Assembly: GCA_031835245.2 (NCBI GenBank)
Contig: JAVKOQ020000100.1
Location: 124,001-174,883 of the forward strand
DNA length: 50,883 nt
Direction of reading: 5' to 3'
Source of the DNA: Balamuthia mandrillaris
Taxonomy: Eukaryota
Part shown: positions 23,953-36,800 of the stretch, in pieces
How positions within the stretch are numbered: position 1 is the first letter of the stretch
How the letters are laid out: each line of letters opens with the position of its first letter
Program-made: the position numbers and the translations under genes
Notes under the pieces: model-generated
Told to the model about the DNA's origin: nothing
What the model saw: the letters and a program-made list of their open reading frames with translations, nothing else
Database searches by the model: none

Positions 23953-24849
23953 TATATATATTCTTTCCATCAAAATTAATAAACAAACATCAATTTGCAG
24001 AAAAAGCTGAGTTAAACAAAAAGTGTGTGAAGTGAACAGATTAGGTCTTCAACAATCATCCACTTTAGTAACCATAATGATATCTTGAGAAGTTGCTAGT
24101 GAGGGATTGTTGAAAACACATTGTGAAACCAAAGATGTAAAATAGCAGAGAATCATCAGAATAAAGTTGTTGTATTAGGTGAATCAGAAATGGAACTGCA
24201 AATAGACTCATCTTGAATGGAAGTTGCAGCTCTAAAGGAGATATATATTCAAGGAATCAAAGTTCTAATATTATCATGAGTAAAGTGCTTTATCTCAAAT
24301 ACTATTGGTCCTGGTATTATAGAGGTTACTTTTTCCTTAATGTCTGCAATGGTATTGGTTCATGCCAACAGTGCTTGATCACAAAGGAATGCTGCTTTTT
24401 TCTTTTTTGTTACCTCCCTAATCTGTTTTATCATGAAGAACCCCACGTAAAAGTGATTTCTACTTGTGATTACTTTTTCTAACAGTTGCAGAATCCTTCA
24501 TTCCACACCCTTTCTGAGCAAGCTGACTACCTCAAAGCATCTTAATACAGGCTTGTTCATCAAGAAAGTGGATTTCTGATGTGTGTTGAATCCAACCTTA
24601 GGAATAAAAGAGTCAATGATGAGTGCATTCAAGAGAATAGAGGAAGGACAACGAGAGTGAATCTCTGATGTTGCTTCAAAGTACACCAAGAGAAAGGGAA
24701 AAGAGGAAAAAGGAAGGATGGAGGGATATAAAAGAAAGAAGAGCCAAGGGTCTGGGATGGATCCAACATGAGGAGTCTTAAGATAAGTGTTGGTGATTTT
24801 GCCAATGTATGTAACTTGAATTCTGGTTTAGGCAAGTGTGAAAAAATGG

Positions 24850-25783
24850 CCTGCTTCTTCATGACCAGCAGCAGTATCAAAAGCGCCAAAGTAGGAATCT
24901 GCTCGTTTCACAAAGCTTCTTCCTGTAGGAAGGTAGGTGGCCATTCATAATAATGTTGCTATTGTTGTCTCTGATTTCACCTCCTCTTCTTCTCTTTGTT
25001 GTTTCATGGAACATGCTGCATAATGAAACTTTGAACTATCCACCAAGCTCCAAAGCTTGACTCCAACTGGTCATGGCTTTTGTTTAATAACCAACCACTT
25101 TATGTCGACATCTAGCTTTGGTTGCAACTAATGATTCATCTACAACAACATTTTTGAAGGGCTCTCAATAATGCTGAAAGCAGTCGTTAAGGTGGTTGAT
25201 GAAGTCATCAATGTCGACTCATAATGACGACTTGAGCTGGTACTGATCATAGCCAATCGTCCTTCAGATAAATTTGTTTCCCCAAAAAGCATGTCCTTTT
25301 TTCCAATAGTTGGATTCCTGTCGGGCAGGTGCAAAGCTCATAACGAGGACAACAGAAAGAAAGCAAAGGAAGGAGTGGCAGGTGAAGGCAGGAAGCTTGT
25401 GGTGGCTTCAAGCACTTGCCTGGGGTCGTTGTTTGGCCTGTGCTCGCAACACTGCTTTTTCTTGAGAGGGGAAGATTGTGCTGCTCAAGAAAATCTGAGA
25501 AGAACAGCATAAAGATACCCTTGCGTGTTTTTGTAGCATCAGGTAGAATGTTTTTGGGTCCTGAAATGGTTGTTTGACAGGGAAAAGAGGGCAACGCTTT
25601 CTCTTCTATTGACCAGCCATGTTTTTCTCTCCATTTGCTGTCTTCTTTAGCAATGCGTTGCCTTTTGAGGGCTGCTTTTTGTTGGTGATCTTCTGTCCCT
25701 TTTTCTTTTTCATTCTCTTTCTGCTTCTCTTTTTCGAGTTGTTGGGTGTGTTTTTTTTTGTGTTTTCATGACACAAGGAGATT
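24850..25783 (-). pseudogene. Degenerate piggyBac-type (DDE_Tnp_1_7-like) transposase; its N-terminus lies at 30704-30771 beyond the inserted LINE
   Basis: Minus-strand translation with stops and frameshifts: SGPKNILP..IFMLFFSDFL, VMSFAP..SNYWK..FWGNKFI, LNDCFQHY*EPFKNVVVDESLVATKAR (D at 25138-25140), KP*PVGVKLWSLVD and ADSYFG (D at 24897-24899). Confidence 0.75.
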
Positions 25784-26027
25784 TATTGCAGGTAGTAGTA
25801 GTAGTAGTAATAAGAAGTTTATTTGCTCTGAGAGCAACACCAATCTATATATAAAAAGTAAGCATTGTACATAGTGTACTCTTACTTCTCTTACTCCCTC
25901 ATCCTCCAATGCCTTCCCAATTGTTACTCAATTCACAAGTGAAAGGTGTTGAATGAGATTTCAGACCAACTTTGTATCATCTAGCTATCCTTTTCTTTCC
26001 CTTTCCTTTCTTCTCTTTTCCTTGCTA

Positions 26028-29000
26028 TTACATTACTTCCAAAGATTGATAAAGTGCAGAAGAACTTCCATGCTTCCAACTTGCTCTTGCTGCCCATAAT
26101 CTCCAGACTCGTTTACAACTTTGCTTACATTGTTCCATCTCTTGAGCTCTGTTACATTTCTTTCCACTTGACAGGAGGTTTGTTGTACAGTCTTCAATAA
26201 TCAGCTTTCTGACTTGTTCTTCATTTCCATTGTCCACACTCCAGATTCTAAAGCGATCTTCCCAAAGGTTAGGACACCTTAACAGGAAGTGTTCCGCTGT
26301 TTCTTCCTCAGCATCACATGCAGGGCACTTGCTATCCTCCTCAGACTGCTGAATGGCTCCCCACTTTTTTCCAATGGGCAGTCCACCACAACAAATAGCA
26401 TTCATCAAACATTCTTTCCTTGGGTTGGTAATCACTAAGCTCCGTTGTTGTCCAACCAAACATCTTCCATTTGTCAAGAAGTTATGCCATAGCCATGCTC
26501 TTGTTCCTCTTTCTCCTTCAGCTGCATACTCCACCTTGGCTACTCGAGTTAAGGTCCTCATCCTCTTGGCTTTCTTTTCAACAACAGTCGTCCTGTCACC
26601 TCCCTCACCTTCATTCTTCTCCCCTTCCTCTTCACTTGCTTGGCTTACCTCTTCAAGTAGCTCAAAGTGGCCATCTTGTCTCTCAGCATGATGAATTACT
26701 GCTTGTCTTTCCAACTCACAGTAGGCCTTGATGGTCAACCAGCCCAATTCTGCTCTACAAACCCCTGCCACAGTCCTTCAATGAACTTGCAATACGCTTC
26801 TTGCTGTCTCATTCCACACAGCTTCGATCTTCTTCCACCATGATTTGGAAAGCTCTGTCATACATAGTCCATATGACAAGGTAGACTTGACAATAGCCTC
26901 TGCAGCAATCTGGGCAGTGCGTGTACCAAGGCCTTGGGCAATGGCTCCCCGCTGCCTAAGGCTGTAGAGGGCTTGCTTGGCCTTGGTGATCCTCTCCTTG
27001 GCATGAGTTGTCCATTCCCCACTTTCTTCAAACCACAGTCCCAGGTACTTGGCCTCCTTCACACGTTTCACAGCCTCCCCCTTCAGTCTCTACTCTTGAA
27101 AATGAGCCTTCTTTCCTTGTACTAGCACTACTGATTTCTTTGCATTGAACTGAAGTCCCAGAGCATTCACTGCCTCCACTGCTACATTCAATCTTCTCTG
27201 AAGCTCAAATGGATCGCTGGCCACCACTGCCAAGTCATCAGCAAACAGCAAGCAAACATTCCTTGCTTTATCTCCTCTTTCTTTCTCCTCTGCTGCTTGT
27301 AGCTTTCTTGCCACCACATCAATGTATACATTGAACAAGAATGGAGACAAAACTCCTCCTTGCTTAACTCCTCTTTCCACCAGAAATTCCTCCGAGAGCT
27401 GCCCATTCATGCGAATAACACTCGTCATACCACGGTACCACTCTGTAATGATACCCACTGCTGCCTCTTCAGCTCCTCTTTTGCGTAAGGTCCTTGCCAG
27501 TATGTCATGGTCGAGCATGTCATATGCCTTGCTGATATCCAACAGAGCAATATAGGTGCGTTCTTTGCTTCTCTTCATCAGGCATTTCTTCAACCGCCAC
27601 ACCTGATCCATGACCCCCCTTCCTTTTCTAAATCCACCCTGGCAATTACTTATCCACCCTTGCTCTCTTGCTTGTATGTTCAATTGTACCAAGATAGCTC
27701 CTTCAAACACCTTGGCTGCATTGCATAGGAGAGTAATACCTCTATAGTTTGCTGGATTCTGGGAATCTCCTGCCTTATGCAAGGGAATAACCACCCCCTG
27801 TTTCCACTCCTTGGGGAATATGCCTTGGTTCTCAATGGCCTTGATCAGCGTCCAAGTTGCATCTTGCACATGTTTACCTCCATACTTCATCATTTCCCCA
27901 TCAATATTGTCCACCCCAGCTGCTTTGCCCACCCTCAATCTTTTCCTCCATGCAAGATTAAAACTCTCCTTCTTAAGCCAGTTACTACCAGACCAAGGTA
28001 GTCCTTCTGGACCTGCTTCCTCTCGATGCAAGCTCCTAATGGAAGAATCCTTCCTTCCCAGCTTTGCCCAATGTTCCTTGAAGGCTGCCGTGCTACCATG
28101 GTGCTCCCTAACTGCTTTGGGCTCTGCTCTACGCTTTGCCACTATCCTCCACATGTTGCCGATCCATTTCTGCATTTCCTTGATGTTCTCTTGTCTTTTC
28201 CACTTCATCCAGTCCCATTTGTTGGCTCTCCACAGCTTCACAAACCTTTTCCTGAGTTCCACAAATTCCTCTCTGGCCTTTCCATCATTCTTTCCTTCTC
28301 TTAGCCACTGAGCATGGGCTGTCGCTACCTGCTTGTTCAAGGATGTTAACTCTGCTGTCCACCATGGCTTCCTTGCCCTGCTCGTTGTTGCTCCTATCAG
28401 TCTCCTTTCTCTACCAAACCATCTCATTGCACAATCCCACAATCCTTTTTTCCACTTGCTCCAAAGATCTTCAACAGTAGCTGCTCCCTCCCGTGTTTTC
28501 TTGACCATGGCCTTCCATTCCTCTCCTTTGAAGAAACGCTTGCACCCGCGTTTGTACTCCCTCCACCTCCTCTTGCGATCTTCCTCTGAGTAGGACTTCC
28601 ACTTCCATCGTTCCATCCAAACCCCGCCGCAATTATCTGCTGAGTCCTTCAACTCGACTACCAGTGGTCGATGATCAGTCCAAGCTTGCCATCTGTCACC
28701 AACTACCTTGCCCGTCCATCCCCATGCTACCACATAGTCCACAATGCTCTTTCGTTTTCCAGCTCTCCATGTAAATACTGGCGCTTCCTCTTCGAGCTGA
28801 GGCAACGAGAGGGCCAGCCTTTTGAAAGCCTCCACCAACACCTTTCCTCTCGCGTTGTAAGTAGATTCACCTCTACCATTCCATCCCTTTCCAACCCTGG
28901 CGTTCCAATCACCTCCAATAATCAGGGGTCTTCCTTCCTTGACCACGTCCAGGATTCTTTTCTCAATCGCAGCCAAGGTGACCTTAAAGTTGTCCACGGT

Positions 29001-29333
29001 ACCTCCTGGGGGGAGATACACTATACCGATTATAAAGATGCAACTCTGTCCCGCCAGTTCCACCCAAGTGGAGTTGGGTGTTCGCCACTCTTTCCTTTCT
29101 CTGATGTTCCCCTTGAAGCCCTCTCGAACAAAGAAACCTGCGCCACCCCTTCCATAGCCACTCCTCCCTGGAGCAGCCCCTCCACCCATCCACCGATACC
29201 CCTCCAATCGAGGAGCAACCATCCTCCTATGTTCGCACACTCCAATAATGTCAAATTGCTTACTGTCAGCCCAGCAGCTGACCAATTCCTCTTGTCCCCA
29301 GCCCCTAGTGTTGACAAACGCTACTGAAGTCAT
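26028..29333 (-). pseudogene. LINE ORF2: apurinic endonuclease, reverse transcriptase and C-terminal CCHC; two premature stops (27090, 26778)
   Basis: EN: VAFVNTRG, DIIGVCE, GGDWNA, SIVDY, TDHRP. RT: NYRGITL, QGGFRKG, LDISKAYD, GVKQGGVLSPFLFN, LFADD, KYLG. C-terminal CPAC..ETAEHFLLRC. Copy 2 has TGG where this copy has TAG at 27090. Confidence 0.92.
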
Positions 29334-30685
29334 TGGGTCTCCTCTCCTTCCTCCTCCACAATGTCAGACCAGTTGGCAGCACCGTGATACTCCTCCTCAG
29401 CCAGCGCGATGCCTGAGAGTTCCAATGAGCTGTCCAAGGCCACTGTTCCAACATTCTCCTCCTTTTCCTTCCTCTTCTCCATCTTTCTTTGCTCTTTAGG
29501 CTTCCACAGCGGTTTACCTTCATTCTTGGCTTCTTCAATTCGGGCTTTGCCCACCCACCAGCGGGTAAAGGCATACAGCCTGGCTCTTTCCGCAATAATG
29601 TCTTTGGCAGCCTGGGCCGTCTCCAAAGTAACTCCCCAATGCTGCGTGCCATTCTTCTCTCCTACTTTCCACACTCCAACGTGCTTGAGCCCCAGCTCGA
29701 AGATCCTCTCGCATACTTTTTCCTTCTTAAGGTCCTTACCGCTCACCACAATCGATCTGCCCTCCACAGCCCCTACCTTGGAGTAGGGACTGGCAAAGCC
29801 ATACTTTGGTTTTACTGTAGACCAATAGTTCAGGTCGGTTACTGTATCTTTGGTCCACGTCCTCCTGTATATGTTGAAGTTATCCTGCCAACATATCCCT
29901 TGTTCCTTTGCCATTTCTTCCTTCCAGTATTCCAAGCTTGGTGCGCTAACTGTAGTTGCCGTTGGAGGGAAATTCCTTTCCGCAGTAATCATATCACACC
30001 GCGGAGCTGATCCGACCACCTCCGCGTAAGACCGTTGGGAACCCAGAGTAAGGCCGCCTTTGGTACTATTTGCACTTCCTTTTTCCACCATAAGATTATT
30101 GATCTCCTTGTCGAGGGATTCAATCAGGTCCCTGAATCGTACAATCACTGCGAGTGAGAGTACGCCTGCCTCGGAGAGCTTACCACACTCGCGAGAAACA
30201 CGGCTAATACAATCAAACAGCAGCGCCACTTGACTGTTGGTTCGCTCCTTAACGCCGTCTGCACTGACTGAGTCCGAATCAATCTTCCCCTTGGGCACAA
30301 CACTGGTCCCTTCCTCTCGGCGGGGCGAATCCGCTACCGAGTTACACTGATCCTCTGCCCCTCTGTCGTCCTCCTCCTTTTGGTTCACCCTGGGAGAAGG
30401 AATCTTGACTGTGGTAGTGTTCAGGTGCCCATACTTTTCCCCCGCCAACTTGAACGCTTCCTCCAGAAACTGATTTAGCTTGTCCCCTTTGACAAAACAC
30501 TCGGGGATCTTTGCCTCTTTTTGCACAGCTTGCAAAGCGGGCTTCCACGAACGATTACCGTTTAGGGTCCCCAGTCTAAGACGTTCCTTCATGGCCAGAT
30601 CCACCCATCGACGTAGGACCTGTTCCCTCTCCTGACTGTCAATCAATTCAGTGCTCTTGCATGGCAGAGTCCTATTTTTCCGCAT
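29330..30685 (-). CDS. LINE ORF1 protein (451 aa, no recognisable zinc knuckle)
   Basis: Open frame directly upstream of ORF2, overlapping it by ATGA. SYAEVV motif and a coiled-coil-like segment. Homologous decayed copy at 33808-35159. Confidence 0.8.
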   Translation of the reverse strand: MRKNRTLPCKSTELIDSQEREQVLRRWVDLAMKERLRLGTLNGNRSWKPALQAVQKEAKIPECFVKGDKLNQFLEEAFKLAGEKYGHLNTTTVKIPSPRVNQKEEDDRGAEDQCNSVADSPRREEGTSVVPKGKIDSDSVSADGVKERTNSQVALLFDCISRVSRECGKLSEAGVLSLAVIVRFRDLIESLDKEINNLMVEKGSANSTKGGLTLGSQRSYAEVVGSAPRCDMITAERNFPPTATTVSAPSLEYWKEEMAKEQGICWQDNFNIYRRTWTKDTVTDLNYWSTVKPKYGFASPYSKVGAVEGRSIVVSGKDLKKEKVCERIFELGLKHVGVWKVGEKNGTQHWGVTLETAQAAKDIIAERARLYAFTRWWVGKARIEEAKNEGKPLWKPKEQRKMEKRKEKEENVGTVALDSSLELSGIALAEEEYHGAANWSDIVEEEGEETQ

Positions 30686-32180
30686 TTTTTTCTATTGCAG
30701 GTAACTTATGGCTGATGACATGCAGCACAGTTTCTAGGCTTCTTTGTTGATGTTTCTTTCTTCATCTCCATCTTTTTTGTTTGTCTTCTTTGTTTACTTC
30801 TTTTCGAATTGCTATGGGCAACAGTCATTTTCCTTCATGATGACACAAATTAACCTTGTTATCTTGAAATTCCTTAGAAAATCCGAGCTTTGAAAATTCG
30901 AATTTGGAGTGAGGGGTAGCCCAAAATTACGACATATTGGATTCCCTGCACACTCAGCATTTTTGTCTGTCAGCAGTCTACATTGGACATACTGCCGATT
31001 TCCACCTCTGCTATTTAAAAAGGGCACTTTTTGGAGGATTTTGGCAACTTTACATGTCATCACACTTTTTTATATAAGTAGTTTTTGATAGCCAGTCTGC
31101 TGGCGGTCTGTATTGAATTTACTAAACACTGCAACTATAATTTTGTTTTACATTGTATAGAAAGCTCATTCCCTGCACAGAGTACTTGACATCAGCTACA
31201 TTATCTCTTGATATGCTTGTCTGCCTTTTGCAGAGAGTGTATACAAAGGTCCTTTATCAAGATGCTATGATGGGGCCACAATGGGCCAGGTGCTTGGATG
31301 GCAGGCATTGGGAGTGCTGGGAATGCTTGAGGGTTTGGAAGTCTGCTGGTTTAGTTGAGAGAAAGAGGAAAGGTAGGCAGGAGGAGGCAGAACAAGAGGG
31401 ATAAAAGAGAATGTACCAGTGAAATAAACCATAACAACAGCCAGCCATCAAATGGTGCCTGCTGAAGCTACTGAATGCCTTATTAGTGGGAAAGAGGGAG
31501 AGAGGGAGAGAGGGAATGTACCAATAATAGGAAAAGAGAGAGAACTTAGTGATACTATCCTATTGCTGCTTAAATAGGCCACAATGGACAATGAGTTCTC
31601 ATGAACAGTCCATAAGCAATGTGTGTTGATAGATAATTACAAGTTATGATACTACTGGATTGATTCAGTTACAAGCAGAACACATAACATAGTGAGAGAA
31701 AGAAAGAGAGAGAAAGAAAGAGGAGAGGGGGAAGGAAAGAGAGAGAGAGAGAGAGAAAGAGAAAAAGATAATGAGAGAGAAAGAACTCCTACCATAGCAA
31801 TGGAAGATGGTAAGTAAAGCAGGAGCCACCGTTCTGCCTTTGCACTTTTCCAACTTCTTCCAACAAAATGTGAACAAGGTGCATCGAGGAAAAGCAAGAT
31901 GGCAGCCCCTCTGAACCACTTCACTCCGGTTCATTTTGCCCCACCTGTTGTGTACCAGGAGAACAAAAGGAGGGAGGAAGTGGCAGATGACCACACTCTC
32001 TTGAGTCTTTCTTTTGACTGAGTGTTTAACAATATGCAAACACCCCCACTGTCTCACCTTTCCCTCTCACTGTTGCTCAGGATAAAGAACCATGGTCACC
32101 TTGACCAAGGAGATAAAGGAGTAGATTTATATGACGGAAATCAATAGTTTTTCCGCCAGCTAGATTTATATAGGCATTTT

Positions 32181-32617
32181 GTGGACAATGGAAATGAAGA
32201 ACAAGTCAGAAAGCTGATTATAGAAGACTGTACAACAAAGCTCCTGTCAAGTGGAAAGAAATGTAACAGAGCTCAAGAGATGGAACAATGTAAGCAAAGT
32301 TGTAAACGAGTCTGGAGATTATGGGCAGCAAGAGCAAGTTGGAAGCATGGAAGTTCTTCTGCATTTTACCAATCTTTGGAAGTAATGTAATAGCAAGGAA
32401 AAGAGAAGAAAGGAAAGGGAAAGAAAAGGATAGCTAGATGATACAAAGTTGGTCTGAAATCTCATTCAACACCTTTCACTTGTAAATTGAGTAACAATTG
32501 GGAAGGCATTGAGGATGAGGGAGTAAGAGAAGTAAGAGTACACTATGTATGTACAATGCTTACTTTTTATGTATAGATTGGTGTTGCTCTCAGAGCAAAT
32601 AAACTTTTTATTACTAC
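32181..32617 (+). mobile_element. 5'-truncated LINE copy (ORF2 C-terminus and 3' UTR) with a 14-bp TSD
   Basis: Near-identical to the 3' end of the full copy. TATATAGGCATTTT at 32167-32180 and 32618-32631. Confidence 0.9.
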
Positions 32618-32879
32618 TATATAGGCATTTTTTCCACTGTGACAGAAGATACAACAAAAACCGCCATTATGGAAATTCATATATATATATCCTTTGCCAT
32701 TTTTTCTTTCCTATATTGTAATAAACTTGGAATATTACAATGCAATAAACTTGGAATATTACAAATAAGTCACTGAGAGCTGAAGTCCCAGGGTACAACC
32801 CAGGAGTTATCTGAATCAGGGTATCCTTTTTACTTCACAAGATAGAAGCAGTCAGAAGGTGGGCCATCATAGTTGAGGA

Positions 32880-33787
32880 CCTGTTTGACTTCAAGTCGAT
32901 TTGCAAGGGACCAGTTAGATAGATGGTAATATGCTCAAAAGGAAAAGTAGCATTTATGGACTTGAAAAGGTGGAAGCCAGGTTATGTGACATTGAAACAA
33001 AGGCATTCCTTGTAATGGCATGCTGTATCATTGCAGTCATTGCAAATGTTGGACCAAAAGTAACTTTCCTTGAGAACTTTGCAAAGAAGGCTTTCAACCG
33101 TCCTTGATGAGTCATTTAACTTGTGTGAGGAAGCTGAGAGTTGGCTGACATCGATTTTGTGGGCTTTGGGGCCAGAGTTTTGGTGTTTTAAGGAATATTC
33201 TGCAGTGCATTGCTGAGGATAGAAGAGGTGTACAATCATGAAATGGAGTCGTCTAAGAAATGATGAATATCAGGCTGGTGAAAAACCTCAAAGTCGTAGT
33301 GAAGGATCACAAGAGCCCAGTGTATGAGCATACTTTTGTGTTGAAAAGATGCATAAGAGGTCTGTGGTCTGGTAGTATAAGAAACGTTGACTGATGAGGT
33401 ATTGGAACTTGTGGTAAGCAAAAATGATAGCAAGCAGCTTTCTTTTGATGGAAAGACAATTGATTTGAGTAGCCTTGTTGACAAAGCAGATGTAGGTATA
33501 GTAAAAGTAGAGATTTTCTCTAGATAAGACATTACCAAGGAGTCATACTTAACTAAATCCAAACTGGCATTTCTCTGATGGAAACCTGCAACAGTGAGAG
33601 CATCAATGACTTTGACAATGTCACTGGTGTGCTGGGCCAGTGGAAGGAGGATCTGGTGAAAACCAAGATGTTGTCCATGAGAAATCAATCAGAAGGCAAA
33701 GGATGGCTGTTATGAAATGGAACATGACAGCCTGAATGTGCTTCACTCTGACAGGTGGGCCCACAAACTTAAGTCATACATTTATAA
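32880..33787 (-). pseudogene. Ty3/gypsy LTR-retrotransposon pol relic (RT continuation, RNase H, integrase start)
   Basis: KFVGPPVRVKHI (RT, cf. PFGLK). HWALVILHYDFEVFHQP..DDSIS (RNase H end). LKESYFWSNI..C (integrase Zn region). GFHLFKSINATFPFEHITIYLTGPL (integrase core start). Confidence 0.65.
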
Positions 33788-33800
33788 TATGAAGGTAGAG

Positions 33801-36800
33801 GAAAAAAATGCGAAAAAATAGGACACTGCCACACAAGAGTACTGAATTGATTGACAGTCTGGAGAGGGAACAGGTCCTACATCAATGGGTGGATCTGGCC
33901 ATGAAGGAACGTCTTAGACTGGGGACCTTAAACAGTAATCGTTTGTGAAAGCTCACTTTGCAAGCTGTGCAAAAAGAGGCAAAGATCCCCAAGTGTTTTG
34001 TCAAAAAGGACAAGCTAAATCAGTTTTTGGAGGAAGTGTTCAAGTTGGTGGTGGAAAAGTATGGGCACCTGAACACTACCATAGTCAAGATTCCCTCTCC
34101 CAGGGTTAACCAAAAGGAGGAGAACGACAGAGGGGCAGAAATCAGTGTAACTTGGTAGTGGATTTGCTCCACCAAGAGGAAGGGACCAGTGTTGTGCCCA
34201 AGGGGAAGATTGATTGGGACTCAGTCAGTGCAAACAGCATTAAGGAGCAAACAGTCAAGTGGCGCTGCTGTTTGATTGTATTTGCTGTGTTTCTCACAAG
34301 TGTGTGATAAGCTCTCCAAGGCAGGCGTACTCTCACTCGCAGTGATTGTATGATTCAGGGAGCTGATTGAATCCCTCAACAAGGAGATCAATAATCATAT
34401 GGGGGAAAAAGGAAGTGCAAATAGTACCAAAGGCGGCCTTACTCTGGGTTCCCAACGGTCTTACATGGAGGTGGTTGGATCAGCTCCACAGTGTGATATG
34501 ATTACTGTGGAAAGGAATTTCCCTCCAATGGCAACTACAGTTAGCGCACCAAGCTTGGAATACTGGAAGGAAGAAATGGCAAAGGAACAAGGGATATGTT
34601 GACAGGATAACTTCAACATATACAGGAGGACATGGACCAAAGATACGGTAACCGACCCGAACTATTGGTCTACAGTAAAACCAAAGTATGGCTTTGCCAG
34701 TCCCTACTCCAAGGTAGGGGCTGTGGAGGGCAGATCGATTGTGGTAAGTGGTAAGGACCTTAAAAAGGAAAAGGTATGCAAGAGGATCTTCGAGCTGGGG
34801 CTCAAGCACGTCGGAGTGTGGAAAGTAGGAGAGAAGAATGGCACGCAGCATTGGGGAGTTACTTTGGAGATGGCCCAGGCTGCTGAAGACATTATTGTGG
34901 AAAGAGCCAGGCTGTATGCTTTTACTCGCTAGTGGGTGGGCAAAGCCCGAATTGAAGAAGCCAAGAATGAAGGAAACCACTGTGGAAGCTTAAAGAGCAA
35001 AGAAAGATGGAGAAGAGGAAGGAAAAGGAGGAGAATGTTGGATCAGTGGCCTTGGACAGCTCATTGGAACTCTCAGGCATCGCGCTGGCTGAAGAGGAGT
35101 ATCATAGTGCTGCCAACTGGTCTGACATTGTGGAGGAGGAAGGAGAGGAGACCCAATGACTTCAGTAGTGTTTGTCAACTCTAGGGGCTGGGGACAAGAG
35201 GAATTGGTCAGCTGTTGGACTGACAGTAAGCAACTCCACTTGGGTGGAACTGGTGGGACAGAGTTGCATCTTTATAATTGGTATAGTGTATCTCCCTCCA
35301 GGAGGTACCATGGACAACTTTAAGGTCACCTTGGCTGCAATTGAGAAAAGAATCCTGGACGTGGTCAAGGAAGGAAGACCCCTGATTATTGGAGGTGATT
35401 GGAATGTCAGGGTTGGAAAGGGATGGAATGGTAGAGGCGAATCTACTTACAACGTGAGAGGAAAGGTGTTGGTGGAGTCTTTCAAAAGGCTGGCCCTCTT
35501 GTTGCCTCAGCTCGAAGAGGAAGCGCCAGTATTTACATGGAGAGCTGGAAAACGAAAGAGCATTGTGGACTATGTGGTAGCATGGAGATGGACGGGCAAG
35601 GTAGTTGGTGACAGATGGCAAGCTTGGACCGATCATCGACCACTGGTAGTCGAGTTGAAGGACCCAGCAGATAATTGTGGCGGGGTTTGGATGGAACGAT
35701 GGAAGTGGAAGTCCTACTCAGAGGAAGATCGCAAGAGGAGGTGGAGGGAGTACAAACGCGGGTGCAAGCGTTTCTTCAAAGGAGAGGAATGGAAGGCCAT
35801 GGTCAAGAAAACACGGGAGGGAGCAGCTACTGTTGAAGATCTTTGGAGCAAGTGGAAAAAAGGATTGTGGGATTGTGCAATGAGATGGTTTGGTAGAGAA
35901 AGGAGACTGATAGGAGCAACAACGAGCAGGGCAAGGAAGCCATGGTGGACAGCAGAGTTAACATCCTTGAACAAGCAGGTAGCGACAGCCCATGCTCAGT
36001 GGCTAAGAGAAGGAAAGAATGATGGAAAGGCCAGAGAGGAAATTGTGAAACTCAGGAAAAGGTTTGTGAAGTTGTGGAGAGCCAACAAATGGGACTGAAT
36101 AAAGTGGAAAAGACAAGAGAACATCAAGGAAATGCAGAAATGGATCAACAACATGTGGAGGATAGTGGCAAAGTGTAGAGCAGAGCCCAAAGCAGTTATT
36201 GAGTACCACAGTAGCACGGCAGCCTTCAAGGAACATTGGGCAAAGCTGGGAAGGAAGGATTCTTCCATTGGGAGCTTGCATTGAGAGGAAGCAGGTCCAG
36301 AAGGACTGCCTTGGTCTGGCAGTAACTGGCTTAAGAAGGAGAGTTTTAATCTTGCATGGAGGAAAAGATTGAAGGTGGGCGAAGCAGCTGGGGTGGACAA
36401 TATTGATGGGGAAATGATGAAGTATGGAGGTAAACATGTGCAAGATGCAACTTGGACGCTGATCAAGGCCATTGAGAACCAAGGCATATTCTCCAAGGAG
36501 TGGAAACAGGAGGTGGTTATCCCCTTGCATAAGGCAGGAGATCCCCAGAATCCAGCAAACTATAGAGGTATTACTCTCCTATGCAATGCAGCCAAGGTGT
36601 TTGAAGGAGCTATCTTGGTACAATTGAACATACAAGCAAGAGAGCAAGGGTGGATAAGTAATTGCCAGGGTGGATTTAGAAAAGGAAGGGGAGTCATGGA
36701 TCAGGTGTGGCGGTTGAAGAAATGCCTGATGAAGAGAAGCAAAGAACGTACCTATAGTGCTCTGTTGGATATCAGCAAGGCATATGACATGCTCGACCAT

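Larger units (their letters stand above)
25795..30692 (-). mobile_element. Full-length non-LTR retrotransposon (ORF1 plus APE-RT-zinc knuckle ORF2), (TAC)n tail, 11-bp TSD
   Basis: TSD TATTGCAGGTA at 25784-25794 and 30693-30703. (GTA)n on the + strand at the left end. Two ORFs. Confidence 0.93.

Noticed and set aside
26778..27092. Programmed readthrough or alternative genetic code in LINE ORF2
   Set aside because: Copy 2 has TGG at the TAG position, and host genes use all three stop codons normally; these are mutations.
31100..32160. Short ORFs between the LINE copies
   Set aside because: No recognisable motifs; CpG-poor decayed sequence with GA-rich tracts.
32720..32764. 21-bp direct repeat AATAAACTTGGAATATTACAA, two copies
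   Set aside because: Simple local tandem duplication with a 3-nt gap; not CRISPR-like.
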